Positions 33,525 to 43,010 are shown, counted from the stretch's first letter. The stretch is DNA of 64,000 nt from an uncultured Oligella sp. (GCA_947632105.1 CANROD010000006.1:6296-70295); one strand, 5' to 3'. The notes: generated by a model from the letters alone, not told the origin. Translations and numbers: made by a program.

Positions 33525-33625
33525 TTATCTCCAAAGGGTTTGGTCTTGTGTGTACTCAGGATCGGCATAGACAAAATCCGCAAAAAACGAAGCCTAAACC
33601 AACACCCCTGGGTGGTACACACGCG
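33525..33625 (-). promoter_or_regulatory. rpsB 5' leader (t44/S2 autoregulatory RNA-like)
   Basis: GTGTGTAC (33548-33555) / GTACACAC (33615-33622) closing stem enclosing a CAGGGGTG-containing inner helix, at the position of the known proteobacterial S2 leader. Confidence 0.7.
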
Positions 33626-33815
33626 ATTTAAAATAAAAAGAGGTTTTCCAGTAGTAAGAAACTAATACAAGCGAGTAGCCTCTACCTTTCTTTTATTAAT
33701 TAATTACTTAATATCTAGTAGCTTCGAATCTATTAGCTTCTAATTACTAGAAATATCACTGAGAAAATAAAGTGTATAATTATATACGATTGTTAAACAT
33801 TTTGGAAACGATTTA

Positions 33816-34595
33816 ATGGCAACTATAAAAAACATTGACGATATTGCTAAAGTTCGTCGCGCGGCTCAGACAGCGGCGGGTATTTTAGATTACTTAACCC
33901 CGTATATTAAAGCAGGCATCACTACCGCTGAAATTGATCGTCTAACCACTGACCGTATTGTAGAGTTAGGTATACGTTCTGCCACTATCGGTTATGGACA
34001 TCCACCCTTCCCTGGTTCTATTTGCACGTCAGTTAACCACGTTGTATGTCACGGCATTCCAAGCGATAAAAAGCTTAAAGATGGCGATATTATTAACTTA
34101 GATATTACGATTGAACAAGACGGTTGGTTCGGCGACACTAGTCGCATGTTTATAATTGGTAAGCCCTCAATCTTAGCCCGTCGCCTAGTTGAGACAACAT
34201 ATGAGTGCATGTGGCAAGGCATCCGCGCTGTTAAACCTGGCGCCACACTAGGTGACATTGGTCACGCTATCCAAAGTCACGCAGAAGCAGCTGGATTTTC
34301 AGTTGTACGTGATTACTGTGGCCACGGTATTGGTGAGGTTATGCACGAAGAGCCACAAATACTTCATTATGGTAAGCCAGGCACCGGTCTAAAATTAGTT
34401 AAGGGTATGGTTTTTACTATTGAACCAATGATTAATGCTGGTAAGCTTCAGACGTCTGTTCTTGGCGATCAATGGACTGTAGTAACTAAAGATCGTAGTC
34501 TCTCTGCTCAGTGGGAACATCAACTGATAGTGACTGATGATGGCTATGAGGTTTTATCCACGTCACCCGGCATGCCTGAACCTCCGGCCGAATAA
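33816..34595 (+). CDS. map: Methionine aminopeptidase type I
   Basis: CTSVNHVVCHGIP, GDTSR, GHGIG, HEEP, TIEPM, SAQWEH. Confidence 0.98.
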   Translation: MATIKNIDDIAKVRRAAQTAAGILDYLTPYIKAGITTAEIDRLTTDRIVELGIRSATIGYGHPPFPGSICTSVNHVVCHGIPSDKKLKDGDIINLDITIEQDGWFGDTSRMFIIGKPSILARRLVETTYECMWQGIRAVKPGATLGDIGHAIQSHAEAAGFSVVRDYCGHGIGEVMHEEPQILHYGKPGTGLKLVKGMVFTIEPMINAGKLQTSVLGDQWTVVTKDRSLSAQWEHQLIVTDDGYEVLSTSPGMPEPPAE

Positions 34596-34601
34596 ACTGC
34601 T

Positions 34602-37223
34602 ATGAAATTCACCGAAAAAAGCCTAGAACTAAAGGAAAAACTACGTCACCACTATACTCAAGCAATATCACTGTATAAGCAGGATCGTAGCAGACCTGAT
34701 GAGTTACTTATTAGTTTGCGCAAGATCGTTGATCGCATTCTAAAAGAAATGGTCATTTATAAACCTCTTCCTAAGCATGCATCCTTATGTGCTGTTGGAG
34801 GATATGGTCGCGGTGAATTATACCCTTGCTCAGATATTGACTTATTGATACTACTTAAGCAATCACCATCACTAGCTGAGCAAGAGTTATTAGAGGTTTT
34901 TATTGCTGCGCTTTGGGATCTTGGCCTTGATGTTGGTCATAGTGTACGCACCATTGATGAGTGCCTAGAAGAAGCACGCAAAGACGTTACAACTGAGACT
35001 GGTCTACTAGAATCACGTTTGATTGCTGGCGACAAAAGTAACTATCAAGCACTACAAAAACGTTTCAAACAGCAATTAAATCCAGCTTCTTTTTATCGGG
35101 CTAAGGCATTAGAGTATAGACAAAGACACAAACGCTATGCTAATACACCCTATGCTTTAGAACCAAATTGCAAAGAATCGCCTGGAGGTCTTCGTGACAT
35201 TCAGCTAATTAACTGGATTGCTCGCGCTGCAGGAATCACTCCCTCATGGCATCGCTTAGTCAACGCTGGATTCATGACTGAAAATGAAGCCTTGCAAATG
35301 AAAACAGCTGAAAGCAATTACCAACGGCTACGTATTGAACTACATTTATTAAATAAAAAAAATGACGATCGTTTACTGTTTGATGCTCAAATCGCATTAG
35401 CTAAAGAGTTAGGTATTCAATCTGAGCAAAGTAAGCGCTCTAGCGAACTACTTATGCAAATGTATTACCAAGACGCTCGAACGGTATATGTTATCAGTGG
35501 ATTTATATTACAAATATTTGAGAGTTACTTCTTTGAGAATCAACAACATCAAGAGGAATTATTAGAAGAAGACTTTAAAATAATCGGTGATGAGCTTGAT
35601 GTTATTTATGAGGATACCTTTCAGCGCAAGCCACAATTATTACTTAAAACATTTTTAGTCTATCAGCAAAACTCACAAATCCAAACTATCTCCGTCAGAA
35701 CCCAACGATTAATTTGGGATTCAGTTGACCGTATCGACGATCAGTTTAGAAATAATCCGGTCAATCATTGGCTCTTCTTACAAATTTTGCAACAACCTAG
35801 TCGCATCGTACAAAGCCTGCGTATGATGAACCTTTTAAATGTTCTACCTGCATATATACCAGCATTTAACAAGGTAGTAGGACAAATGCAACATGATTTA
35901 TATCATGTCTACACAGTAGACGAGCACACCCTCATGGTAATCCGCAATATACGCCGTTTTACGATGATTGAATTTGCCGATGAAAACCCCCTAGCTCATC
36001 AAGTTATGGAGAATTTTGAAGATCGATGGCTATTATATATTGCTGCCTTATTTCATGACATTGCTAAAGGTCGAGGTGGTGACCATTCAGTTCTAGGCGC
36101 TGATGATGTCGTAATGTTTGCTAGACTACACAATTTACAAGAAAAACATGTCGAATTCTTAAGATTTTTAGTAGCTGAGCACCTCCTCATGTCAAATGTC
36201 GCTCAAAAAAGGGATCTCTCCGATGAGGAGGTCATTCGCGCCTTTGCTGCCAAGGTAGGTAAACAAAGTCGTTTAGCCGCACTCTACCTCCTGACAGTCG
36301 CCGATATTCGTGGTACCAGCCCAAAGGTTTGGAATAACTGGAAGGCCAAACTTATTGAAAACTTATATTATCTCTGCTCCAGCGCATTAGGCGATAATAG
36401 CTTTAATCGTAGTCAGATTTTGGAGCTACGCAAGAAAGAAGCCAAAGCACTGATTAAGGCTAAGGGCATGACTAGCGAACAGCGTGATCTATTTTGGTCA
36501 AAGATGGATAATGCTTACTTTTTAAGACATGAAGCAGATGATATCGCTTGGCATACACTCAACCTTTTTGAACATACGGATACAGAGCAAGCTATCGTCC
36601 GTGCAAGAGCGACTGATAGAACTGACTCTATGCAAATCTTGGTATTTATCAAAGACCAAGATGCTTTATTTGAACGCATAGCTTCTTATTTTCATGAGCA
36701 ACAAATTAACGTCTATGAAGCACAAATTCATACAAGCTTAAATGGTTATGCCTTAGATAGCTTTTTAGTTGAAAGCCCACGTTTTATTGGTGACTCAACT
36801 ACATTTGAAAAAAAAATAGAAAAGAACTTAGCGGCCAAGTTAGATTTAGCACATCCCCTAGCAGTACCTGATATTGATAATGACATTCTACCAACCACCT
36901 CACCAGGTCAACGTCGCTCACGAAGCTTTCCGGTTAGACCGAGAATACAATTAGACCGTGAAGAAAGTGGTCGTTACTGGCGGCTACAGGTAAATACTAC
37001 TGATACACCTGGCATACTTTATAGCTTGGCTCATATATTTAGTCAATTTAAACTAAATTTACGAATGGCACGTCTGCTAACATTAGGTGAACGAGTTGAA
37101 GATATTTTTATTATTGAAGGCCCGTTTTTAGAAAACCAACAATCACAACTTAACTTTGAACGTGCTATTATTGATGTTTTAAACGAGCTGCTTCCAACAA
37201 CTTCTAATTCAGTTAAAAATTGA
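34602..37223 (+). CDS. glnD: PII uridylyltransferase/uridylyl-removing enzyme
   Basis: AVGGYGRGEL.P.SDIDL NTase motif, KESPGGLRD, HD domain (HDIAKGRGGDHS), two ACT-like domains. Confidence 0.97.
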   Translation: MKFTEKSLELKEKLRHHYTQAISLYKQDRSRPDELLISLRKIVDRILKEMVIYKPLPKHASLCAVGGYGRGELYPCSDIDLLILLKQSPSLAEQELLEVFIAALWDLGLDVGHSVRTIDECLEEARKDVTTETGLLESRLIAGDKSNYQALQKRFKQQLNPASFYRAKALEYRQRHKRYANTPYALEPNCKESPGGLRDIQLINWIARAAGITPSWHRLVNAGFMTENEALQMKTAESNYQRLRIELHLLNKKNDDRLLFDAQIALAKELGIQSEQSKRSSELLMQMYYQDARTVYVISGFILQIFESYFFENQQHQEELLEEDFKIIGDELDVIYEDTFQRKPQLLLKTFLVYQQNSQIQTISVRTQRLIWDSVDRIDDQFRNNPVNHWLFLQILQQPSRIVQSLRMMNLLNVLPAYIPAFNKVVGQMQHDLYHVYTVDEHTLMVIRNIRRFTMIEFADENPLAHQVMENFEDRWLLYIAALFHDIAKGRGGDHSVLGADDVVMFARLHNLQEKHVEFLRFLVAEHLLMSNVAQKRDLSDEEVIRAFAAKVGKQSRLAALYLLTVADIRGTSPKVWNNWKAKLIENLYYLCSSALGDNSFNRSQILELRKKEAKALIKAKGMTSEQRDLFWSKMDNAYFLRHEADDIAWHTLNLFEHTDTEQAIVRARATDRTDSMQILVFIKDQDALFERIASYFHEQQINVYEAQIHTSLNGYALDSFLVESPRFIGDSTTFEKKIEKNLAAKLDLAHPLAVPDIDNDILPTTSPGQRRSRSFPVRPRIQLDREESGRYWRLQVNTTDTPGILYSLAHIFSQFKLNLRMARLLTLGERVEDIFIIEGPFLENQQSQLNFERAIIDVLNELLPTTSNSVKN

Positions 37224-37906
37224 TGTTCTATATCGCTACAATGCTGAGTAGCTTTCTTTTAGTGCTCGGTACCTTATTGCCAATACTTAACCCACTGTAT
37301 GTGACGCCTATTTTCTGGAGCATGACAACAGGAACGTCTAAAGAAGTACGTCGCTTCATTGCACGTAAGGTGGGAATTTATGTTTTTGTTGTGCTCTTGG
37401 TTTCGACTTTATTTGGTAATTTATTTCTTAAAATGTTTGGTATCTCCATCCCTATTGTACAACTAGCAGGCGGACTTATCGTAGTACATGCAGGTTGGAG
37501 ATTATTAAATGCTGAGGATCCTGATAGTGGTCACCATGAAAAACTAGCTGATGATTTTAGTATCGAAAAAGCAAAAGCCAATATATTTTATCCATTGACC
37601 TTCCCGCTTACAGCGGGGCCAGGCGCTATTGCTGCTGCTATTACTGTGGGGGCTTCTTTGCAAACAGGCGTTAGTAGCGAGCAGCTATTCTCTGTTATTG
37701 GTATTACCATAGGCTGTTTTTTAATTGGCTTTTTACTCTATCTTTCCAATCGTTTTGCCGTTACAATTATGACCAAAATGGGTGAAACAGGCATGGCAGT
37801 AGTCATGCGTTTAATCGCTTTTTTACTCATTTGCATTGGCATACAGATTATGTGGAATGGTATATTTGAGTTAGTGATGAATCTCCAACTTTCCACACAG
37901 ACCTAA
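37223..37906 (+). CDS. MarC family membrane protein
   Basis: ILNP, FGISIP..QLAGG, PLTFPLTAGPGAI, MRLIAFLLICIGIQ; TGATG coupling to glnD. Confidence 0.9.
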   Translation: MFYIATMLSSFLLVLGTLLPILNPLYVTPIFWSMTTGTSKEVRRFIARKVGIYVFVVLLVSTLFGNLFLKMFGISIPIVQLAGGLIVVHAGWRLLNAEDPDSGHHEKLADDFSIEKAKANIFYPLTFPLTAGPGAIAAAITVGASLQTGVSSEQLFSVIGITIGCFLIGFLLYLSNRFAVTIMTKMGETGMAVVMRLIAFLLICIGIQIMWNGIFELVMNLQLSTQT

Positions 37907-37922
37907 TTTTAATTATTTGTAT

Positions 37923-38396
37923 ATGACTCAACGTGTCTTACTTAATATCATCGCTTTAGCCTGCTTAGGCTCTGTGACTTTTGCATTATATAGCCAACAC
38001 GTGCTAGGTATGCTGCCATGTGCTTGGTGCGTACTTCAACGTCTTATTTTTATCGGCATTGCAATTGTTTGTCTATTAGTCAATTTCTCATACTCGGTGA
38101 TTTACCGAAAAGTACTGACACTATTTGCTGCAGGTTTATCTGTTGGTGGAGTAATTGCTGCGTGGTATCAATACTCAGTTGCAAGCGTCAGTTTTTCGTG
38201 TGATATGACCTTTGCAGATGTATTTATGTCGCGCCAAACCGGACTTGATGCTGCGGTACCTTGGCTATTTGGTATCTACGCTACATGCATGGATGCTGCA
38301 ATAGAGCTATTTGGAGTCGAATATGCTTTATGGGCATTAATGCTATTTGCTACTATGACCATTATTTTAGTGTTAAGCCTATTTAGAAAGTCTTAA
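37923..38396 (+). CDS. dsbB: Disulfide bond formation protein B
   Basis: PCAWCVLQR motif, second Cys pair (SC...TC), four TM helices. Confidence 0.92.
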   Translation: MTQRVLLNIIALACLGSVTFALYSQHVLGMLPCAWCVLQRLIFIGIAIVCLLVNFSYSVIYRKVLTLFAAGLSVGGVIAAWYQYSVASVSFSCDMTFADVFMSRQTGLDAAVPWLFGIYATCMDAAIELFGVEYALWALMLFATMTIILVLSLFRKS

Positions 38397-38448
38397 CATC
38401 CAAATGGATCAACGCCACAAATACACTTTTAAACAATTCCAATATCCC

Positions 38449-38633
38449 AGTGAACGTGGTAACAAGTCACGCACTCATGATGTGGGTACTAGTCATTGAT
38501 ATTTTTATAGCTGTCTTATGACTAAGGGCATACTGTAGAGCCAAACTATTGAAGCGTGTAGCTCTACACGAGATAAAGTTGATACTACCCTACCCCACAA
38601 TTGAAATGAGGCGCTCGACTTCAGCCTCTCAAT
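38449..38633 (+). ncRNA. Candidate structured non-coding RNA (unassigned)
   Basis: Several nested and serial stems in a convergent intergenic region (see findings); wobble pairs favour the + strand; no recognised family. Confidence 0.3.
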
Positions 38634-38656
38634 CGTTGAATCAACTAGATAAATAT

Positions 38657-38683
38657 AAGGAGTGAATTATATTCACTCCTTTA
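38657..38683. terminator. Hairpin terminator just after the purF stop, possibly bidirectional
   Basis: AAGGAGTGAAT-TAT-ATTCACTCCTT, a perfect 11-bp stem. Confidence 0.8.
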
Positions 38684-38686
38684 TCC

Positions 38687-40120
38687 TTATTTTGTTAAGA
38701 ATACATCGCCTGTAACATAATCCCCATCAAAACAAGACGCCTCAAAGCGATCAATTTTTGGATTAATATCAGCAATAGATGTCTTTAAATCATTCAAATC
38801 TTGGAAAACTAACGCATCTGCACCAATTTCTTGTGCTATCTGTTCAGTTGTTTTGCCATAAGCAATTAATTCATTTTGATCAGGCATATCAATACCATAA
38901 AAATTAGGATAACGAACTGCTGGCGCCGCTGACGCAAAGAAAACCTTATTAGCACCGGCATGTCTAGCCATCGCCACAATTTCACGACTGGTCGTGCCAC
39001 GAACAATTGAGTCATCAACTAAAAGAATATTTTTATCTTTAAACTCAATTCGCATTGGATTAAGCTTTTGGCGCACAGATTTTTTGCGTACTGCCTGTCC
39101 CGGCATAATGAACGTTCGGCCAATATAGCGATTTTTGATAAAGCCCTCACGGTAAGGCAAATCAAGAGTCGACGCTAACTCCATACCGGCAGGTCTGGAA
39201 GAATCAGGAATCGGCATCACCACATCTATTTCAGATAGACGTAATTCACGAGCCAACTTCTTAGCTAGTAGATCACCCATACGTAAGCGGCAATTATAGA
39301 CATTGACACCATCGATTGTAGAATCAGGGCGCGCAAAGTAAACATACTCAAAAATACAAGGACTTAACGTAGCATTATCTGCACAGAAACGAGAGTGCAG
39401 CTTACCCTCTAAGTCAATGAACACTGCCTCACCTGGCGCTATATCTCGTACAAAATGGAAGCCAATCCCCTCAATTGCCACTGACTCGGAAGCAACTATC
39501 CACTCCACCCCTTCAGCAGTTTCCTGAGTTCCTAAACATAAAGGACGGATACCATTAGGATCTCTAAAAGCTAATAAGCCGTAGCCAGCAATTTGCGCAA
39601 TAACAGCATAGGCACCTTTGACACGTCGATGCACGGCAGTGACAGCATCAAATACCTCACCAACTTGAAGGCTACTGCTTTTACTTAGCTCATATAACTC
39701 ATGAGCAAAAACATTTAATAACACCTCACTATTAGAGCTAGTATTAATATGACGGCGGTCATGTTTAAACAAAGATTCTCTCAATTCACTTGAATTAGTA
39801 AGATATCCATTATGTGTAAAAGTAATGCCGTAAGGAGCATTAACATAAAAGGGCTGCGCTTCTTCTTCAGCGTCATTTGCAACACTGCTGCTTGAAGGGT
39901 ATCGTACCTGACCAATGCCGCTATTACCGGGCAAAGAACGCATATTGCGCGTTCGGAAAACATCTCGCACCAGACCACGAGCTTTGAAAATATGAAACTG
40001 ATTATTTTGATAAGTAGCTATACCTGCGGCATCCTGACCACGATGCTGTAAAAGCAACAAACCGTCATAAAGCAATTGATTAACTGGTGAGCAACCGTGA
40101 ATACCAATAATACCGCTCAT
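38687..40120 (-). CDS. purF: Amidophosphoribosyltransferase homolog with atypical glutaminase domain
   Basis: QHRGQDAAGI, CIFEYVYFARPDS, KNRYIGRTFIMP, VDDSIVRGTTS; cvpA-purF synteny; N-terminus is MSG rather than MCG. Confidence 0.95.
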   Translation of the reverse strand: MSGIIGIHGCSPVNQLLYDGLLLLQHRGQDAAGIATYQNNQFHIFKARGLVRDVFRTRNMRSLPGNSGIGQVRYPSSSSVANDAEEEAQPFYVNAPYGITFTHNGYLTNSSELRESLFKHDRRHINTSSNSEVLLNVFAHELYELSKSSSLQVGEVFDAVTAVHRRVKGAYAVIAQIAGYGLLAFRDPNGIRPLCLGTQETAEGVEWIVASESVAIEGIGFHFVRDIAPGEAVFIDLEGKLHSRFCADNATLSPCIFEYVYFARPDSTIDGVNVYNCRLRMGDLLAKKLARELRLSEIDVVMPIPDSSRPAGMELASTLDLPYREGFIKNRYIGRTFIMPGQAVRKKSVRQKLNPMRIEFKDKNILLVDDSIVRGTTSREIVAMARHAGANKVFFASAAPAVRYPNFYGIDMPDQNELIAYGKTTEQIAQEIGADALVFQDLNDLKTSIADINPKIDRFEASCFDGDYVTGDVFLTK

Positions 40121-40159
40121 GAAAATACACCTAAAAATAATAGTTAATTTTAAATTAAA

Positions 40160-40648
40160 TTAATAAGGTAAATATACTGCAATACCTTCAGGTAACCAAG
40201 TTTTAATCTGCCTAATTGCATCGACTGCCATATGAGCAAAATTAGACTCAACCCACCAAGTTTCACGTGGTAAAGCACTCCAACCGGCAATTAAAACAAG
40301 AATTAAAACAATAATAACACCACGTAAAATCCCGAATAAAAAGCCGAGCCCTCTATCAGCGGAACCTAAACCAGTTACATCTAATAATGCCCCTAGTGTT
40401 TTATTTAAAAGCCCTAATACTAATAAACAGGCAATAAATACAAGAAAATAAGCTAATCCTACGGTCAATACAGCCTGATCAACGTAGCGGGACAACATAG
40501 GGATTAGATTCGGTCCCCACCAAATTGCGGCCAAAAAGCTTAAGATATAAGCTAATAACGAAAAAACCTCTTTGAGGAATCCTCGCAGTAAGCCTAAAAG
40601 ACCAGAGGCGAGAATTATCCCCAAAACAATATAATCAAAAGGAGACAT
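40160..40648 (-). CDS. cvpA: CvpA family membrane protein
   Basis: RGFLKEVFSL, DRGLGFLFG..RG; upstream of purF. Confidence 0.94.
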   Translation of the reverse strand: MSPFDYIVLGIILASGLLGLLRGFLKEVFSLLAYILSFLAAIWWGPNLIPMLSRYVDQAVLTVGLAYFLVFIACLLVLGLLNKTLGALLDVTGLGSADRGLGFLFGILRGVIIVLILVLIAGWSALPRETWWVESNFAHMAVDAIRQIKTWLPEGIAVYLPY

Positions 40649-40677
40649 AACTAAAGTAGTTGCTAAAGACTAACGGA

Positions 40678-41667
40678 TTAACGGCCTGTCACAAAGCTAT
40701 CACTAAAATTCAAAGCACGTAACCTAGTTTGAGCTGCTTGCGCAGCCTCTTTACTAGAAAATGGACCTACGCGCAAACGAAATACTTGCTTATCATTGAC
40801 TGTAGCACTTTGAATATAGGCATTGGACACACCAGAGTTTCTTAAACGGTCGCGCTGAGTTCTAGCGTCACCAGAACTAGAGTAAGACGCAACCTGCAAA
40901 CTAAACTCACTACTACTTGCTGCAATCGCAGGCACACTAGCGGTAGGCTTAGCTTTTCTACCTTCAAGAATGGCTAACGCTTGACTGCCATCATCGGTAC
41001 GTTTATTACTAGCTGTTGCTGAAGCTTGTTTCTTTTTCTCTTGCTCAGCCTTTGCAGCTGCTGCTCTAGCTTGTTCACGTTGGGCACGCTCTTTATTAAT
41101 GGCTTCTTGCTCTGCAAGTGCTCTAGCCTCTGCTGCTTCTACTTCACTTTGTTCAGCTGTGGACTCAGCAATAGAAAGGCCAGAAGAATCCACATTACCA
41201 GTAGCTTCATCACCGCGTTCTTCGTCTGATAATGTACCATCAATTGCTAAAGGACTATCTATACTTTCTCCGGATAAAAGCCCACCCTCCGCTATGGATA
41301 AACCATCATTCTGTGTTTCTGCTAACCCCTCAAACTCCTCCAACACATCAGAGTCACTTGGTGTTTCCACTCGTGTTGAGCTTTCAACCACTAAACTACC
41401 TTGTCCAATATTAGAGTCAGGCGCAATTAATGGTGCACTAGTAATCACGTTTTTACTAGTATCCTCACCTGTTTTAAGAATAAACGGCAAAAAAATAATT
41501 GCTGCTATAACTAAAATCACTGAACCAAGCAGACGATTACGTGATTTAACACGTTGCTCTCTCATATCACGCTCATTTTGATATCGATCTTGCTCTCGAG
41601 AGTTAGTACGTTTTTGCTCGTATTGAGCACTTGTTCGTTGACTTTTACCTGAACCGAATAATGCCAT
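40678..41667 (-). CDS. dedD: SPOR-domain cell division protein (DedD-like)
   Basis: RNRLLGSVILV TM segment, acidic linker, C-terminal SPOR domain (LQVASY...RLRVGPF); folC-dedD-cvpA order. Confidence 0.88.
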   Translation of the reverse strand: MALFGSGKSQRTSAQYEQKRTNSREQDRYQNERDMREQRVKSRNRLLGSVILVIAAIIFLPFILKTGEDTSKNVITSAPLIAPDSNIGQGSLVVESSTRVETPSDSDVLEEFEGLAETQNDGLSIAEGGLLSGESIDSPLAIDGTLSDEERGDEATGNVDSSGLSIAESTAEQSEVEAAEARALAEQEAINKERAQREQARAAAAKAEQEKKKQASATASNKRTDDGSQALAILEGRKAKPTASVPAIAASSSEFSLQVASYSSSGDARTQRDRLRNSGVSNAYIQSATVNDKQVFRLRVGPFSSKEAAQAAQTRLRALNFSDSFVTGR

Positions 41668-41686
41668 ATTTCTTATAATCCTTAGA

Positions 41687-42985
41687 TTAATTCGATGATT
41701 GTAGATGCTCTAATACATCTGCTACTGTTAAAAATGAACCAAAAACGACTATCCTATCTTCGAGTTGGCTGCGCTCTTTAGCCATATCGTAGGCTAAGCG
41801 AGGAGACTCAAAGACCTCAACCTTTGGTAAACCGTCTTTATCTTTTGGTATTAAATGATTTATTTTATCAGCTAATTCCTCTCCTGAGAGTCCACGCTCA
41901 CCAGGTAAAGTAGCACAATACCAATAATCAACCGATTTAGCTAAGTTTTTAATCACCTCATCAGCGTCCTTATCATTTAACATCCCTAACACTGCTGTAG
42001 TATAAGGAAAATATGACATAGCATGAAGGTTATGCTGCAGCACTGCTGCAGCATGTGGATTGTGAGCGACATCTAACACAGTCGTAGGTTGCCCCGGTAG
42101 AATTTGAAAACGTCCTGGCAAATCAACCTGCAAAAGGCCCTCTCTTATCGACTGATTTGGTACCGGCACTGACATTTTTAATGCCTCAATAGCAGCTAAA
42201 GAGGCGGCTGCATTAATTAATTGATTGGCACCTCTTAGTGATGGGTATCCTAGAGCATTACGTCGCTGATTCTTACCAGCAAAAGTCCACTGAACTTGAT
42301 CACCACTAAAGTTAAAGTCACGACCGAATAACTGCAAATCCGCACCAACCTCAGCAGCATAATCTAATAATGATTGTGGTGGCTCAGGATCTGCACAAAT
42401 AGCAGGCTTGTCTTTTCGATAAATATGAGCTTTCTCCCAAGCGATCTGCTCACGACTATTACCTAAGTAGCTTACGTGGTCAATAGCAATTGAAGTGATG
42501 ATTGAGCAGTCTGCATCAATCATATTGACCGCATCTAAACGACCACCTAAACCGACCTCAAAAATAGCAATCTCTGTTTCACTGCCTTTAAATAATAAGA
42601 TAGCGGCTAATGTTGTATATTCGAAATAACTGAGACTAATATCGACTCTCGCTTCTTCAATACGCACAAATTGCTCAACAATCTGCTCATCTGTTGCTTG
42701 AGCACCATTCAATCGGATACGCTCGTTAAATCGAATTAAGTGGGGTGAGGTGTATAATCCCACTCGATAACCTGCCGCTAGGTAAATAGACTCCAACATG
42801 GCACAAGTAGAACCCTTACCATTCGTCCCGCCAACTACAATTTTAATACCATCCCACTCTGTATTGAGCCGCTCAGCTACCTGCTTAATACGTTCAAGCC
42901 CTAAATCAATTTCTTTGCTATGCAACTGCTCTAAATAACTCAGCCATTGATTAAGGCTGCTACTGGAAGTGGGTATGATACTCAT
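41687..42985 (-). CDS. folC: Dihydrofolate synthase/folylpolyglutamate synthase
   Basis: GTNGKGS, YTSPHL, EVGLGGRLDAVN, LDVAHNP, FGSF. Confidence 0.97.
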   Translation of the reverse strand: MSIIPTSSSSLNQWLSYLEQLHSKEIDLGLERIKQVAERLNTEWDGIKIVVGGTNGKGSTCAMLESIYLAAGYRVGLYTSPHLIRFNERIRLNGAQATDEQIVEQFVRIEEARVDISLSYFEYTTLAAILLFKGSETEIAIFEVGLGGRLDAVNMIDADCSIITSIAIDHVSYLGNSREQIAWEKAHIYRKDKPAICADPEPPQSLLDYAAEVGADLQLFGRDFNFSGDQVQWTFAGKNQRRNALGYPSLRGANQLINAAASLAAIEALKMSVPVPNQSIREGLLQVDLPGRFQILPGQPTTVLDVAHNPHAAAVLQHNLHAMSYFPYTTAVLGMLNDKDADEVIKNLAKSVDYWYCATLPGERGLSGEELADKINHLIPKDKDGLPKVEVFESPRLAYDMAKERSQLEDRIVVFGSFLTVADVLEHLQSSN

Positions 42986-43010
42986 AAATTAACAACAAAA
43001 AAATAAACAT

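Noticed and set aside
33521-33622. 34-aa N-terminal extension of S2 in the ORF track
   Set aside because: It overlaps the structured rpsB leader; the conserved start with an RBS is at 33520. Similar over-extensions were trimmed for modA, pyrH, tsf, livH and the response regulator.
40091-40093. Cys10 of PurF as the real nucleophile after propeptide cleavage (B. subtilis style)
   Set aside because: The spacing to HRG (R27) and the S-G-I-I-G pattern show that Ser2 occupies the Cys1 position. Cys10 is followed by SPVNQ, not G-hydrophobic-hydrophobic-G.
41026-41581. Long antisense ORFs (e.g. 41099-41581, 56844-57338, 29101-29472, 46084-46413)
   Set aside because: They are shadows of well-supported genes on the opposite strand, with no recognisable motifs.
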